This document shows, in pieces, positions 50,395 through 59,685 of a stretch of DNA of 64,000 nucleotides. This DNA is from Sedimentisphaerales bacterium. GTDB lineage: Bacteria; Planctomycetota; Phycisphaerae; Sedimentisphaerales; SM23-30. The stretch is taken from NCBI GenBank assembly GCA_963663965.2, contig CAXXFK010000010.1:32001-96000 (forward strand). Reading direction: 5' to 3'. The notes beneath the pieces are model-generated. The model saw only the letters and a list, made by a program, of their open reading frames with translations. It did no database searches and was not told where the DNA came from. How positions within the stretch are numbered: the first letter of the stretch is position 1; each line of letters starts with the position of its first letter. The position numbers and the translations under genes were made by a program.

Positions 50395-52659
50395 ATGAAA
50401 ACGTTTAAATCCATCTTTATCGGTATTCTGATTTTAGTCGCAGGATTCAGTATCATTCACGCAGCCATTGGAGAGGCGAGTCCGGCCGAGAAACTGATCG
50501 CCTGTTTGCCCGACGATACCCTGGGAGCTGTCGCATTCAGTGGCAGTCACGCTCTCAATGTACCTTTTGAGCAAAGTCATCTGGGTCTTTTTTTCGCCGA
50601 TCCCGGCATTCAGGCTTATCAATACAGCCTCATCAATTCAATCAAAACACTGATATTGAAAAATGCCAATCATGGTAATCCGGAAGAGATCAATGCAACG
50701 ATTGTCCGGGGACAGGCGTTATTATCAAAACTGCTGGAATATCCAATCGTTATTGGATGCGGCCAGAATACTGATCATGACACCCTCCCAGTTTATCTTT
50801 ATGCCATGATTGAAACCAGCCATGATCCTGCCGGTTTTAAGGATATGATAAATCAAATCTATGAAATGGCAGGTTTCGATGAACATTCTCTGACAGAGTT
50901 TACTACCCAGTTCGATTTTAATGGGCATACGCTAACGGTATTTAACAAATATGAAAATGACCATTACCCGGGGCGGATCAGTTTTGGCCGGATCGGCAGC
51001 CGTTTTATCATGTCACTGGAACCGGAACCCGGTTTTACGATTCAGAAACTCTCGGTATCGAATAATCAGACATTGAAAAGCCAATTAGCCGCTCAAGCAG
51101 GCAACGGTGACATTGGCTTGATCTACCTGAATACTGCCGCCATTCGCCAGTTCGTTTGCAGTCTGGTCAGTAAGGCAATAAAACCGGAAGAGTTCGATAA
51201 ACTACAGCAAGCGGTCACACAACTCGGATTGGATCAAAGCGGAGCCCTGATCAGCCGGATTGGATTTAACCACCAAGATTTAACCACCGATTCCAGTCTG
51301 GCTCTCAAGATGTCCGGCCAGGGATTGACCGGTCTGATGAAGCCCATCAATCTGGATATTTTGAATTATGTGGATGATAAGGTGATGGACGTCAATATCT
51401 GCAATATCGATCTACACCACTTGTATCGGAGCCTGGATCAATTCATCAAAACCATCGCCGATGAAAACGACTATCAGGAATTCATCAACGGTCTGGCGGA
51501 CATCGAGTTCCAAACCGGAATCGATATCGAATCCTATATTTCTTCGATTTCCGGTCCGATGATGATGGCGGCCTATCATATCGGCGCAATCCCGGAGGTC
51601 TATAACGGCGGTTTTTCATTGGTCATCGATTTAAACGATGCAGTCAATTTTGAACAATCCTGCATGAAACTGGGCGGTTTAATTCAATCCGTGGTTGCCA
51701 AAGAAAATCAGCAGATGAATCTTTTTATCATTCAGGATCAGGATATTAACAACCGAACCTATCATAACTGGACGATTCCTCCGCTGGCCATGGCACAGAT
51801 CATGCCCTGCTGGACAATGGTCGATAACCGTTTTGTCCTGGCCAGCAATGCCTCTCTCTGCCAGATGACCGCGGAACAGATCAGTGGTGAACGTTCGGTA
51901 ACCGCCCCCCTGCTCAAGTCAAAACGTTTCCAAAAAACGACAGGGACTCTGCCGGCCAACCTGACCTCATTACGATTTACAGACTCTCGCCAGATGCTGC
52001 AAAATGCCAGAAACGGCCTGCAAATGGTCTTGCCAATGGCTTCGATGGCGCTATCCAGGCAAGGCATATCCATCCCATCCGTATTACCGGCTATTGATCA
52101 CTTGATTGCAGGTTTTGAACCGACCATCTCCTATAGCTGGATGGATACGAATGGGATTCATTCGCATTCCCATGGGCCCATGCCGACAGGTGATGGTCCG
52201 GTACTGGCCGGAAGCGCGGCGCTGGGGATCAGCATTTTAATGCCGGCACTGGGACGAGCGCGCGCCGTGGCCAAAACGGTAGTATGTGCCAACCAGCTAA
52301 AAGGGATCGGGATAGCATGCATCATGTATGCCAACGACCATAGCGGTCATTTTCCGCCGGACTTGTTCAGTCTGACAGGAACCGTTGATTTGCATCCCGA
52401 CCACCTGATATGCCCATCATCCAGTCATCAATCCGGTGACTGTTCATATATTTACCGAGGCGCCGATCTTAATGATTCACATCCAGCCAATATGATTATG
52501 GCATATGACCAAATCGGGAACCATCCAGATGGCTCCCGCAACGTCTTGTATCTTGATGGTCATATCGTAAAAATGAATAATTCCGAACTTAAGCAAGCAA
52601 TAGAGAAGGATAATTCTTTACGCAAAGAACTTAACCTAAACTCAATGCAAGCGGAATGA
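50395..52659 (+). CDS. Exported protein (DUF3352-like N-terminus) fused to a C-terminal DUF1559/H-X9-DG pilin-like module
   Basis: Signal peptide, LPDDTLGAV; SILMPALGRARAVAKTVVCANQLKGIGIACIMYANDH; NHPDGSRNVLYLDGHI. Confidence 0.75.
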   Translation: MKTFKSIFIGILILVAGFSIIHAAIGEASPAEKLIACLPDDTLGAVAFSGSHALNVPFEQSHLGLFFADPGIQAYQYSLINSIKTLILKNANHGNPEEINATIVRGQALLSKLLEYPIVIGCGQNTDHDTLPVYLYAMIETSHDPAGFKDMINQIYEMAGFDEHSLTEFTTQFDFNGHTLTVFNKYENDHYPGRISFGRIGSRFIMSLEPEPGFTIQKLSVSNNQTLKSQLAAQAGNGDIGLIYLNTAAIRQFVCSLVSKAIKPEEFDKLQQAVTQLGLDQSGALISRIGFNHQDLTTDSSLALKMSGQGLTGLMKPINLDILNYVDDKVMDVNICNIDLHHLYRSLDQFIKTIADENDYQEFINGLADIEFQTGIDIESYISSISGPMMMAAYHIGAIPEVYNGGFSLVIDLNDAVNFEQSCMKLGGLIQSVVAKENQQMNLFIIQDQDINNRTYHNWTIPPLAMAQIMPCWTMVDNRFVLASNASLCQMTAEQISGERSVTAPLLKSKRFQKTTGTLPANLTSLRFTDSRQMLQNARNGLQMVLPMASMALSRQGISIPSVLPAIDHLIAGFEPTISYSWMDTNGIHSHSHGPMPTGDGPVLAGSAALGISILMPALGRARAVAKTVVCANQLKGIGIACIMYANDHSGHFPPDLFSLTGTVDLHPDHLICPSSSHQSGDCSYIYRGADLNDSHPANMIMAYDQIGNHPDGSRNVLYLDGHIVKMNNSELKQAIEKDNSLRKELNLNSMQAE

Positions 52660-52678
52660 AGGCCACCGAAAAATAGCC

Positions 52679-52719
52679 ATGAAAAAAACCGCGTGTCATC
52701 GACCCGCGGTTTTTTTCAT
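52679..52719. terminator. Bidirectional intrinsic terminator
   Basis: ATGAAAAAAACCGCG...CGCGGTTTTTTTCAT between convergent genes. Confidence 0.85.
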
Positions 52720-52738
52720 CACGTCGTAGTGCAGAGGG

Positions 52739-53476
52739 TTACCTGGAGCTATTCGGTTCTATCATCAGGATGCGTCCGCAACTGGGACAGTACAGAACCT
52801 CATCTTTGGTCATCAGCGCATTTACGGCTTCGAGCGGGACTTTCATAAAACAGCCGCCGCACGTCTGCTCGTTGCGTTTGCTGTCACTGTTCTCAATAAA
52901 TGCCAGCACTTCACCATCGAAACGGTCCGCCAGACGCTGAAAGTGTAATCGTAGTTCATCGGGAACCGCCGCCACCGCTTCATCATGCCTGGCCTGTAAT
53001 TCATCCAGTTTTTCTTTCAACCCTTTCTGACGGGACTGGATCTCCTGGCGTACCTCATTCAATTGCTCATGCGCGGTCTGAATCCTGCTTTCAATCTCTT
53101 TACAGAGTTTCTGATCATCTTCAATCTGGTTAATCAATCCCAGCATCTGATCTTCCAGTTTGGAAGTATCCGCTTTGGTAGTATTGATCTGGGTTAACAC
53201 CGCACTATATTCTTTATTGGTTTTAGCAGAATTGAGACTGACCCGAAGCTTGGCGACCTCCGCTTCCCTTCCCTTTAGATCCATATCCATCTTATCGTAA
53301 TGCATGCGGGTCATTTTTATCTCTTCCCGCTTGGCATTTAACGACGATTCCAGTTGCTTGATATTCTGTTCCTGCTTAAGGATTGTTCTCTGGCCGCTAT
53401 TTAATTTATCTTTAGCTTTTCGTACTTCAACTTCAATCGTCTGTAAATTTACCAGAGAACTCAATATGGGGCCCAT
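52739..53476 (-). CDS. Coiled-coil C4 zinc-ribbon protein (DUF164/HP0958-like)
   Basis: Long coiled coil with KTNKEYSAVLTQI, then CGGCFMKVP...CPSCGRIL. Confidence 0.9.
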   Translation of the reverse strand: MGPILSSLVNLQTIEVEVRKAKDKLNSGQRTILKQEQNIKQLESSLNAKREEIKMTRMHYDKMDMDLKGREAEVAKLRVSLNSAKTNKEYSAVLTQINTTKADTSKLEDQMLGLINQIEDDQKLCKEIESRIQTAHEQLNEVRQEIQSRQKGLKEKLDELQARHDEAVAAVPDELRLHFQRLADRFDGEVLAFIENSDSKRNEQTCGGCFMKVPLEAVNALMTKDEVLYCPSCGRILMIEPNSSR

Positions 53477-53922
53477 GCGTGCTCCTTACTGCGAATAAAA
53501 TGTCAAATAGCCTTATGAACAATCAATCCATTAAGCAACCGGCGACTAAACAGTTGGGCCGGCAAAGATAGATTTTAAGTTCTATCAGGCTAATTGCAAG
53601 AAATATTTTAATTGATCCCATAAAACACACAAAGTCTAACAGATCGTAAAGTATTATCAAAAAAGAAATTAAGGCGTACTAAATCGTATTTATGCCGGTT
53701 TTATTAATTTTTTTTCAATATTTTTATTCGCTTTTGTTTTTTCACGGGCAAATAATTATATAAATTGTTTCACATGACAACCCGGTCCTGATTCATATCT
53801 GCAATCAGGAGATCTGGTAGTCAGATTTTGTATTTCAGCTGTAGTTTTTGTCAGGTCATTGCCTGACGTTGTTTACATGTTGTTTCTGAATTTCCCCCTA
53901 ACTTCAGAAGGAGACTATCGTA

Positions 53923-54963
53923 ATGAAATTTTGGAACAGGGCATTGTTGTCAGTAGTGCTGTTACAGGTGTTGTCAGTTTATGGCCTAGCCGATACTCTT
54001 ACCTTTAATAATGGCGACATAATCAGCGGTAAAATCACCAGCGTCATTGATGGAAAAGTGGTATTTGAGAGCGACATGCTGGGCAAGCAGGAAATTGATC
54101 TGGCAAAAGTCAAAAACCTGACCTCTGACGGCGACTTACCCGTTGAATTAAAGGATGGCACAAAATTTTCCGCTCGAATCCTTTCTGCGGATGAAACGAG
54201 TATTACTTTTGATAAATTTCGTAATCTCCCCTCTCAAAAGATAGTCCGGGACGAACTGGCCGCGGTAAATCGCCCGGAACCCGCGAAACCACGCTGGAAA
54301 GGGGACGTTACCGCCGGTTTGTCCAGTACCCATGGCAACTCATTTTCTGAAAACGCCAGTATCAGCGCCAACACCTCATTAAGGCGTGAAAAAGACCGAA
54401 CGACCCTAGGTGGGTATTACTTATTTGGCCGATCAAAGGGTACTGATGGTGAAAAATACACGACAGAAGAATCATTTACTGTGAATGGTAAATACGATTA
54501 TTATTTCTCGAAAAAATGGTATGGTTTTATCAACGCTCGTTACAAAACAGACCACATCGCCGATCTGGATCGACGGATTATCGCCGGTTTGGGTTCAGGT
54601 TATCAGTGGATCGAAAGCGATGCCATGAATTTCTCTACCGATCTGGGTTTATCGATTCTCAGCGAAAAGTATGTCACCGGGGATACTGAGACGAATTCGG
54701 ATGAATTGTCGTTACGACTGGGCTATCTGTTTGACAAGAAATTCACCGACAGGATCAGTTTTAACCATGGTACGGAATACTATCCCAGTATCCAGAGCGG
54801 TGTATCGGATTATTTCCTATCTTCCAACGCTGAAGTCCGGATTAATCTGACCAATACGATGTACAGCAGTTTCAAGGCCATACTGGATTATGATTCCACT
54901 CCAGGTCCCAGCCAATCCAGTACCGATACTAAATATATTGCCGGTATCGGCTGGTCTTTCTAA
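53923..54963 (+). CDS. DUF481 outer-membrane beta-barrel with N-terminal DTLTFNNGDIISG domain
   Basis: Signal peptide, GLSSTHGNS, GLGSGYQW, terminal IGWSF. Confidence 0.85.
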   Translation: MKFWNRALLSVVLLQVLSVYGLADTLTFNNGDIISGKITSVIDGKVVFESDMLGKQEIDLAKVKNLTSDGDLPVELKDGTKFSARILSADETSITFDKFRNLPSQKIVRDELAAVNRPEPAKPRWKGDVTAGLSSTHGNSFSENASISANTSLRREKDRTTLGGYYLFGRSKGTDGEKYTTEESFTVNGKYDYYFSKKWYGFINARYKTDHIADLDRRIIAGLGSGYQWIESDAMNFSTDLGLSILSEKYVTGDTETNSDELSLRLGYLFDKKFTDRISFNHGTEYYPSIQSGVSDYFLSSNAEVRINLTNTMYSSFKAILDYDSTPGPSQSSTDTKYIAGIGWSF

Positions 54964-54987
54964 AAACATGAAACCGTTAAAAAGCCT

Positions 54988-55018
54988 GTCAGGACATTGC
55001 CTGTGGTGATGTCCTGAC
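54988..55018 (+). terminator. Stem-loop after the DUF481 gene, possible terminator
   Basis: GTCAGGACAT...ATGTCCTGAC perfect 10-bp stem; weak T tail. Confidence 0.45.
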
Positions 55019-55228
55019 CGGCATTATTTTCACAAGTCATTTATTTATCCTAAGTTATGACAAAGCCGGCCGGTATCAGGATTTAGATTTACATATTGAT
55101 ATTGCAATAAACCGTATCTTTGGTTATACTATTGGACTAATTCTGTCACTATAGAGTGCCACAGGCAATCTAACTAATTGATAAATAGCAAGTTAAAGAC
55201 CATACGATCCAAGTAAGGAGCCTGGCTG

Positions 55229-56035
55229 ATGCGTAAAAAATTTATTGCTGGCAACTGGAAAATGAATATGACCGCTTCCAGCGCGATCGATCTGGTGAAA
55301 GCTCTAAATGAGCAAATAATCGCCGGGGGTGTGGCCGGCAGTGTCGATGTCGCCGTATGTCCCCCGTTCGTCTATCTGCCTGCGGTTATCGCAACCCTCA
55401 AAGGTTCGCCGATTGCTGTTGGAGCACAGAATTGTTATCTGGAAGCCAGCGGCGCCTATACCGGCGAAATCAGTCCGGCGATGCTCAAGGATATCGGTTG
55501 CCAGTTTGTTATTCTGGGCCATTCGGAACGCCGCCATATAATGGGTGAAACCGATGAAGTTATTAATACTAAAATCAAACTCGCGCTGGAAACCGGCCTG
55601 AATCCGATCTTCTGCATTGGGGAACTGCTCGAAGAGCGGGAAGCCAATCAGACCGAAACTGTTCTGGAACGCCAGATTCGCCAGGGCCTAGCCGGCCTGA
55701 CTGCCGAACAGATGCAAAAGATTACTGTCGCTTATGAACCCGTCTGGGCTATCGGTACCGGAAAAACAGCGACCCCCGGCCAGGCTCAGGAAGCCCATAA
55801 ATTCAGCCGGTCTATTCTGGCGGATCTATTTGGCGCCAGCGTGGCCGCCAATATTCGTATCCAGTACGGCGGAAGTGTGAAAGCCGACAATGCGGCTGAA
55901 TTACTCACTCAACCGGATGTGGATGGGGCTTTGGTTGGCGGCGCCAGTCTGAAAGTCGGAGATTTCACCGCGATTATCCTGGCCGGCAAGCCGGCCGGCG
56001 GTGGATGTGGGTGCGGTTGTTCCTGCGGAATGTAA
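55229..56035 (+). CDS. tpiA: Triosephosphate isomerase with Cys-rich C-terminal tail
   Basis: AGNWKMN, GHSERRH, AYEPVWAIGTG, YGGSV, LVGGASL; ends GGGCGCGCSCGM. Confidence 0.98.
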   Translation: MRKKFIAGNWKMNMTASSAIDLVKALNEQIIAGGVAGSVDVAVCPPFVYLPAVIATLKGSPIAVGAQNCYLEASGAYTGEISPAMLKDIGCQFVILGHSERRHIMGETDEVINTKIKLALETGLNPIFCIGELLEEREANQTETVLERQIRQGLAGLTAEQMQKITVAYEPVWAIGTGKTATPGQAQEAHKFSRSILADLFGASVAANIRIQYGGSVKADNAAELLTQPDVDGALVGGASLKVGDFTAIILAGKPAGGGCGCGCSCGM

Positions 56036-56076
56036 AATAGCTTGCCTTGTAGTGGCATTATTGGAGATATGAATCT

Positions 56077-56550
56077 ATGACTCTTGATATTTTCGCTTCC
56101 ATTGGTATTCTACCCCGGTTGGCCGGTGTGTTATTTATCCTGATCGGGATTTTTCTGATTCTGGTCGTCCTGATTCAAAAAGGCCGGGGCGGCGGGCTGG
56201 CCTCGGCATTTGGCGGTTCCGGCGGCCAGAGTGTTTTCGGCAGTAAAACCGGTGATATGCTTACCTGGGTTACCATAGGCGTTACTGTGGTCTTTTTCCT
56301 GCTGGCGATGTACCTGAGCCCCAATTTCAAGCCCAATTACGATGAAGGCGCCGGCACTCCTCAGCTACAGAATACCCAGCCAATAAAGGAAGAAGCCGGA
56401 AACCCTTCCGATAGCACTGGGAGCAGTACTGAAACCACCAGTCCATCCAGCGAGAATACCACCCCGCCGGCCAATGAAACGAATAATGCTTCAACCCCGG
56501 CGCCCGCGCCGACCCCGGCGAATCCCGCTGAAACCGGTGGCAATCCATAA
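56077..56550 (+). CDS. secG: Preprotein translocase subunit SecG with long Pro/Thr/Ser tail
   Basis: VLIQKGRGGGLASAFGGSGGQSVFGSKTGDMLTWVT; follows tpiA. Confidence 0.95.
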   Translation: MTLDIFASIGILPRLAGVLFILIGIFLILVVLIQKGRGGGLASAFGGSGGQSVFGSKTGDMLTWVTIGVTVVFFLLAMYLSPNFKPNYDEGAGTPQLQNTQPIKEEAGNPSDSTGSSTETTSPSSENTTPPANETNNASTPAPAPTPANPAETGGNP

Positions 56551-56657
56551 AGCCATTTAATTTCGAACGCTTCGACTCATTCTATCCCCTTTTATGGATC
56601 GAATGGGTCTTTCTCGTTTAACCGCTGTCAGATCGATTGGACATAGAGGGCCGATCC

Positions 56658-57551
56658 ATGCTTTATAGTATGACTGGATATGGCCAGGAACAATATGAGG
56701 CTGATGAAGTCAGTTTCCTGGTTGAAATCAAAACCGTCAATAACCGCTACTTGAAAACCTCGATTCGCCTGCCGGAAGCCTTCGCTTACGCAGAGATCGA
56801 AATAGAGCGTTTAATCAAAGAAAGCGTTAATCGCGGTACAGTCAATTATTTCCTGCACATGAAACAGGGCGGCAATGCCGCCGCACTGAATGTGGACCAT
56901 GCCGCGGTGACCAGTTACCTGAATCATCTGGATCAAATTGCCACTTTCGCCGGCAAACTCAACCTGAATACCCGCGTGGATCTGGCCACGCTCCTGTCGC
57001 TGTACGGTTCGTGCCAGGCCCCGGAATTGACGCCGCAGGAATGCGAAGACATGCTGCAGATCGTTATGGCTATCTCTCGCAAGGCGATCGCGAAACTACA
57101 AACCATGCGTCTGGAAGAAGGCCGTGCATTGCAGACCGATCTGGAAACGAATTGCCAGGTGATCCGAACCACCCTGAATGCCCTTAGTCAGCTAACGGAT
57201 GGCGTGGTCATCAATTATCGCAATAAACTGGTCCAACGCGCCAATGAACTGCTCAGCGGGGTCAATCTCAAGCTGACAGAAGAAGATGTTTTAAAAGAAG
57301 TGGCGATTTTCGCCGAACGTTGCGATATCAATGAAGAAATCCTGCGACTGGGAAGCCATCTGGATCAGTTCAAAAATATATGCGACAACGAGAATCAGGC
57401 CGGTCGCAAGCTGGATTTCCTGACCCAGGAAATGCTGCGAGAAGCCAACACCATTGCCAGCAAGGCGAACGACGCGCGTATCAGCCAAAGTGTCGTAGAC
57501 ATCAAAGTCGCTATCGATCGCTTGCGTGAGCAGGTTCAAAACATTGAATAG
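56658..57551 (+). CDS. yicC: YicC/YloC family endoribonuclease
   Basis: SMTGYG, VNNRYL, DINEEILRL, GRKLDFLTQEMLREANTIASK, REQVQNIE; start placed at ATG 56658. Confidence 0.95.
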   Translation: MLYSMTGYGQEQYEADEVSFLVEIKTVNNRYLKTSIRLPEAFAYAEIEIERLIKESVNRGTVNYFLHMKQGGNAAALNVDHAAVTSYLNHLDQIATFAGKLNLNTRVDLATLLSLYGSCQAPELTPQECEDMLQIVMAISRKAIAKLQTMRLEEGRALQTDLETNCQVIRTTLNALSQLTDGVVINYRNKLVQRANELLSGVNLKLTEEDVLKEVAIFAERCDINEEILRLGSHLDQFKNICDNENQAGRKLDFLTQEMLREANTIASKANDARISQSVVDIKVAIDRLREQVQNIE

Positions 57552-57571
57552 CCTGACCGGAGAGAGCCCCC

Positions 57572-58132
57572 ATGCCGGAAGGAAAATTATATATTATCAG
57601 CGGCCCCAGCGGATCAGGCAAAAGCACCATAACCCGCGAAGTGATTGCCAGAACCCGGGCCAGCCTGAGCGTCTCGGCAACCACCCGCCCTCGCAGCGAC
57701 CAGGAAGTTGACGGCGTCGATTACTATTTTATCGACAAACAGGAGTTTGAAACCCGAATTGCACGGGGTGAATTTCTGGAATACGCCCAGGTATTTGACA
57801 ACTATTATGGCACCCCATTAAAACCGGTGCAGGATCAGATCGAAGCCGGCCAGACCGTCATTCTTGAAATCGACGTACAGGGCGGCCTGCAGGTATTTGC
57901 AAAAAAGCCGGACGCCCATGGCGTTTTGATTCTGCCGCCGGATATGGAAGAGCTCAAACGCCGGCTTGTCGCCCGGCAACGCGACAATGAAAACGTGATC
58001 GAAAAACGCCTGAAAAAGGCTGAATGGGAAATTTCCGCCGCCCAGAACAGCGGCCACTATGATTTTGTCATTATCAACGACAACCTCGAACAGGCAATCG
58101 AAAGAGTTGTCGCAATCATTCAACCATCATAA
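57572..58132 (+). CDS. gmk: Guanylate kinase
   Basis: ISGPSGSGKST, SATTRPR, DGVDYYF, YYGTP, LEIDVQG. Confidence 0.97.
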   Translation: MPEGKLYIISGPSGSGKSTITREVIARTRASLSVSATTRPRSDQEVDGVDYYFIDKQEFETRIARGEFLEYAQVFDNYYGTPLKPVQDQIEAGQTVILEIDVQGGLQVFAKKPDAHGVLILPPDMEELKRRLVARQRDNENVIEKRLKKAEWEISAAQNSGHYDFVIINDNLEQAIERVVAIIQPS

Positions 58133-58148
58133 ATGGAGATTGGATAGT

Positions 58149-58412
58149 ATGATCGAAGCACTGAAACACGACGAACTGGCACTGAAATGTGGCGGCAAAT
58201 TCAAGCTTACCGCCCTGGTCCAGCGCCGACTCAAAGAGCTCATCGAAGGCGCCCGCCCCCTGGTAAACGCCGAAGGCAAGAACATGATTGAAATCGCCAT
58301 CCAGGAAGTTGCCGAAAACAAAATTGAAATCGACCGCGAAAAGACACCCGGCATGGGCACCATCGACATGTCCGGCCGTAAAGTGGAAGAAAACGTCAAA
58401 CCAATGTACTAA
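58149..58412 (+). CDS. rpoZ: RNA polymerase omega subunit
   Basis: MIEALKHDEL...GGKFKLTALVQRRLKELIEGARPLV...IAIQEV; conserved gmk-rpoZ-coa order. Confidence 0.9.
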   Translation: MIEALKHDELALKCGGKFKLTALVQRRLKELIEGARPLVNAEGKNMIEIAIQEVAENKIEIDREKTPGMGTIDMSGRKVEENVKPMY

Positions 58413-58421
58413 AGACAAGTC

Positions 58422-58982
58422 ATGACGCAAACCCAAGATACAGAAATTCTGCTGGGCGTTACCGGCGGTATTGCCGCCTATAAATCGGCCGATCTCTGTT
58501 CCAGACTGGTACGCCAGGGGTATGGCGTCACAGTCGTCATGACCGAAAACGCGACCCGCTTTGTCACCCCCCTGACCTTTGGCAGCCTGTCGGGACGCAA
58601 AGTCTATACCAGCATGTGGGACAGCCAGAGCGTTTATGATACCCGTCATATCGCCCTAGCCGGTCAGGCCCACCTGATCGTGGTCGCTCCGGCAACAGCG
58701 AATATAATCGCCAAAGCCGCCCAGGGGATCTGTGATGATTTGCTCAGCACCATTCTTTGCGGGCGGAAAACGGATCTGCTCATGGCGCCTGCCATGAATA
58801 CCCAGATGTGGCAAAATGCGGCCACCCAGCGTAATATCGAATTTCTGGTTTCCCGTGGCGTTCATCTTGTCGGTCCGTCAGATGGCAATCTGGCTTGCGG
58901 CGAAATCGGGCCGGGACGCATGAGTGAGCCGGATGAGATCATTCAGCGGATAAAGACCCTGACCGGCGGCACGATTGTCTGA
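58422..58982 (+). CDS. coaC: Phosphopantothenoylcysteine decarboxylase (stand-alone CoaC)
   Basis: LGVTGGIAAYK, HIALA, APATANIIAK, APAMNTQMW, LACGEIGPGRM. Confidence 0.93.
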   Translation: MTQTQDTEILLGVTGGIAAYKSADLCSRLVRQGYGVTVVMTENATRFVTPLTFGSLSGRKVYTSMWDSQSVYDTRHIALAGQAHLIVVAPATANIIAKAAQGICDDLLSTILCGRKTDLLMAPAMNTQMWQNAATQRNIEFLVSRGVHLVGPSDGNLACGEIGPGRMSEPDEIIQRIKTLTGGTIV

Positions 58983-59024
58983 TAAATCGTTTTCCTATTG
59001 AGAACACTTTACGGTTGACTGATT

Positions 59025-59675
59025 ATGTCATCTCCACGGTCGAAAAAGTTACGCGTATTGATTACCGCCGGTCCTACCCGGGAATATATCGATTCGGTAC
59101 GCTTTTTATCTAATGGTTCATCCGGCCGGATGGGTTATGCCTGTGCCGCAACGGCATTCCGGCGAGGTCATCAGGTTACCTTGATCAGCGGGCCGGTCGA
59201 TTTACCATGCCCGGAAGGGGTCACCCGGATCCAGGTCATCAGCGCCGCCCAGATGGCTGAAGCAGTATTAAAGGCCTACGCGTATTGCGATGCCGTCATT
59301 ATGACGGCCGCCGTCGCCGATTATCGCCCGGTCAGAACATTGACACACAAATTCATCAAATCTCCCGGCCCACTTGCAATCCAACTGGAACGAACTACGG
59401 ACATCCTGGCCGAACTGGGATGGCGTAAAAAACATCAGATATTAATTGGTTTTGCGGTTCAGGACAAAGCCCCACGCCAGAACGCCCGCCGGAAACTCAA
59501 GCAGAAAAATCTGGATGCGATCATACTGAACCATCCATCCGCCCTGGGTTCCACACACAATACGATCGAAATCCTGCGCCCGGGATCCACCTGGGAAATT
59601 TGTCCCAGGCAAACCAAATTACAACTGGCACGGCGTATCGTTGTGCTGGCAGAAACCATGGCATCAAAACGATAA
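59025..59675 (+). CDS. coaB: Phosphopantothenate-cysteine ligase (stand-alone CoaB)
   Basis: LITAGPTREYIDSVRFLSNGSSGRMG, AAVADYRP, IGFA. Confidence 0.92.
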   Translation: MSSPRSKKLRVLITAGPTREYIDSVRFLSNGSSGRMGYACAATAFRRGHQVTLISGPVDLPCPEGVTRIQVISAAQMAEAVLKAYAYCDAVIMTAAVADYRPVRTLTHKFIKSPGPLAIQLERTTDILAELGWRKKHQILIGFAVQDKAPRQNARRKLKQKNLDAIILNHPSALGSTHNTIEILRPGSTWEICPRQTKLQLARRIVVLAETMASKR

Positions 59676-59685
59676 AAGCCTGGAT

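Noticed and set aside
56550..56660. tRNA-Leu after secG, as in many bacteria
   Set aside because: No cloverleaf or correctly placed T-arm; only a weak hairpin.
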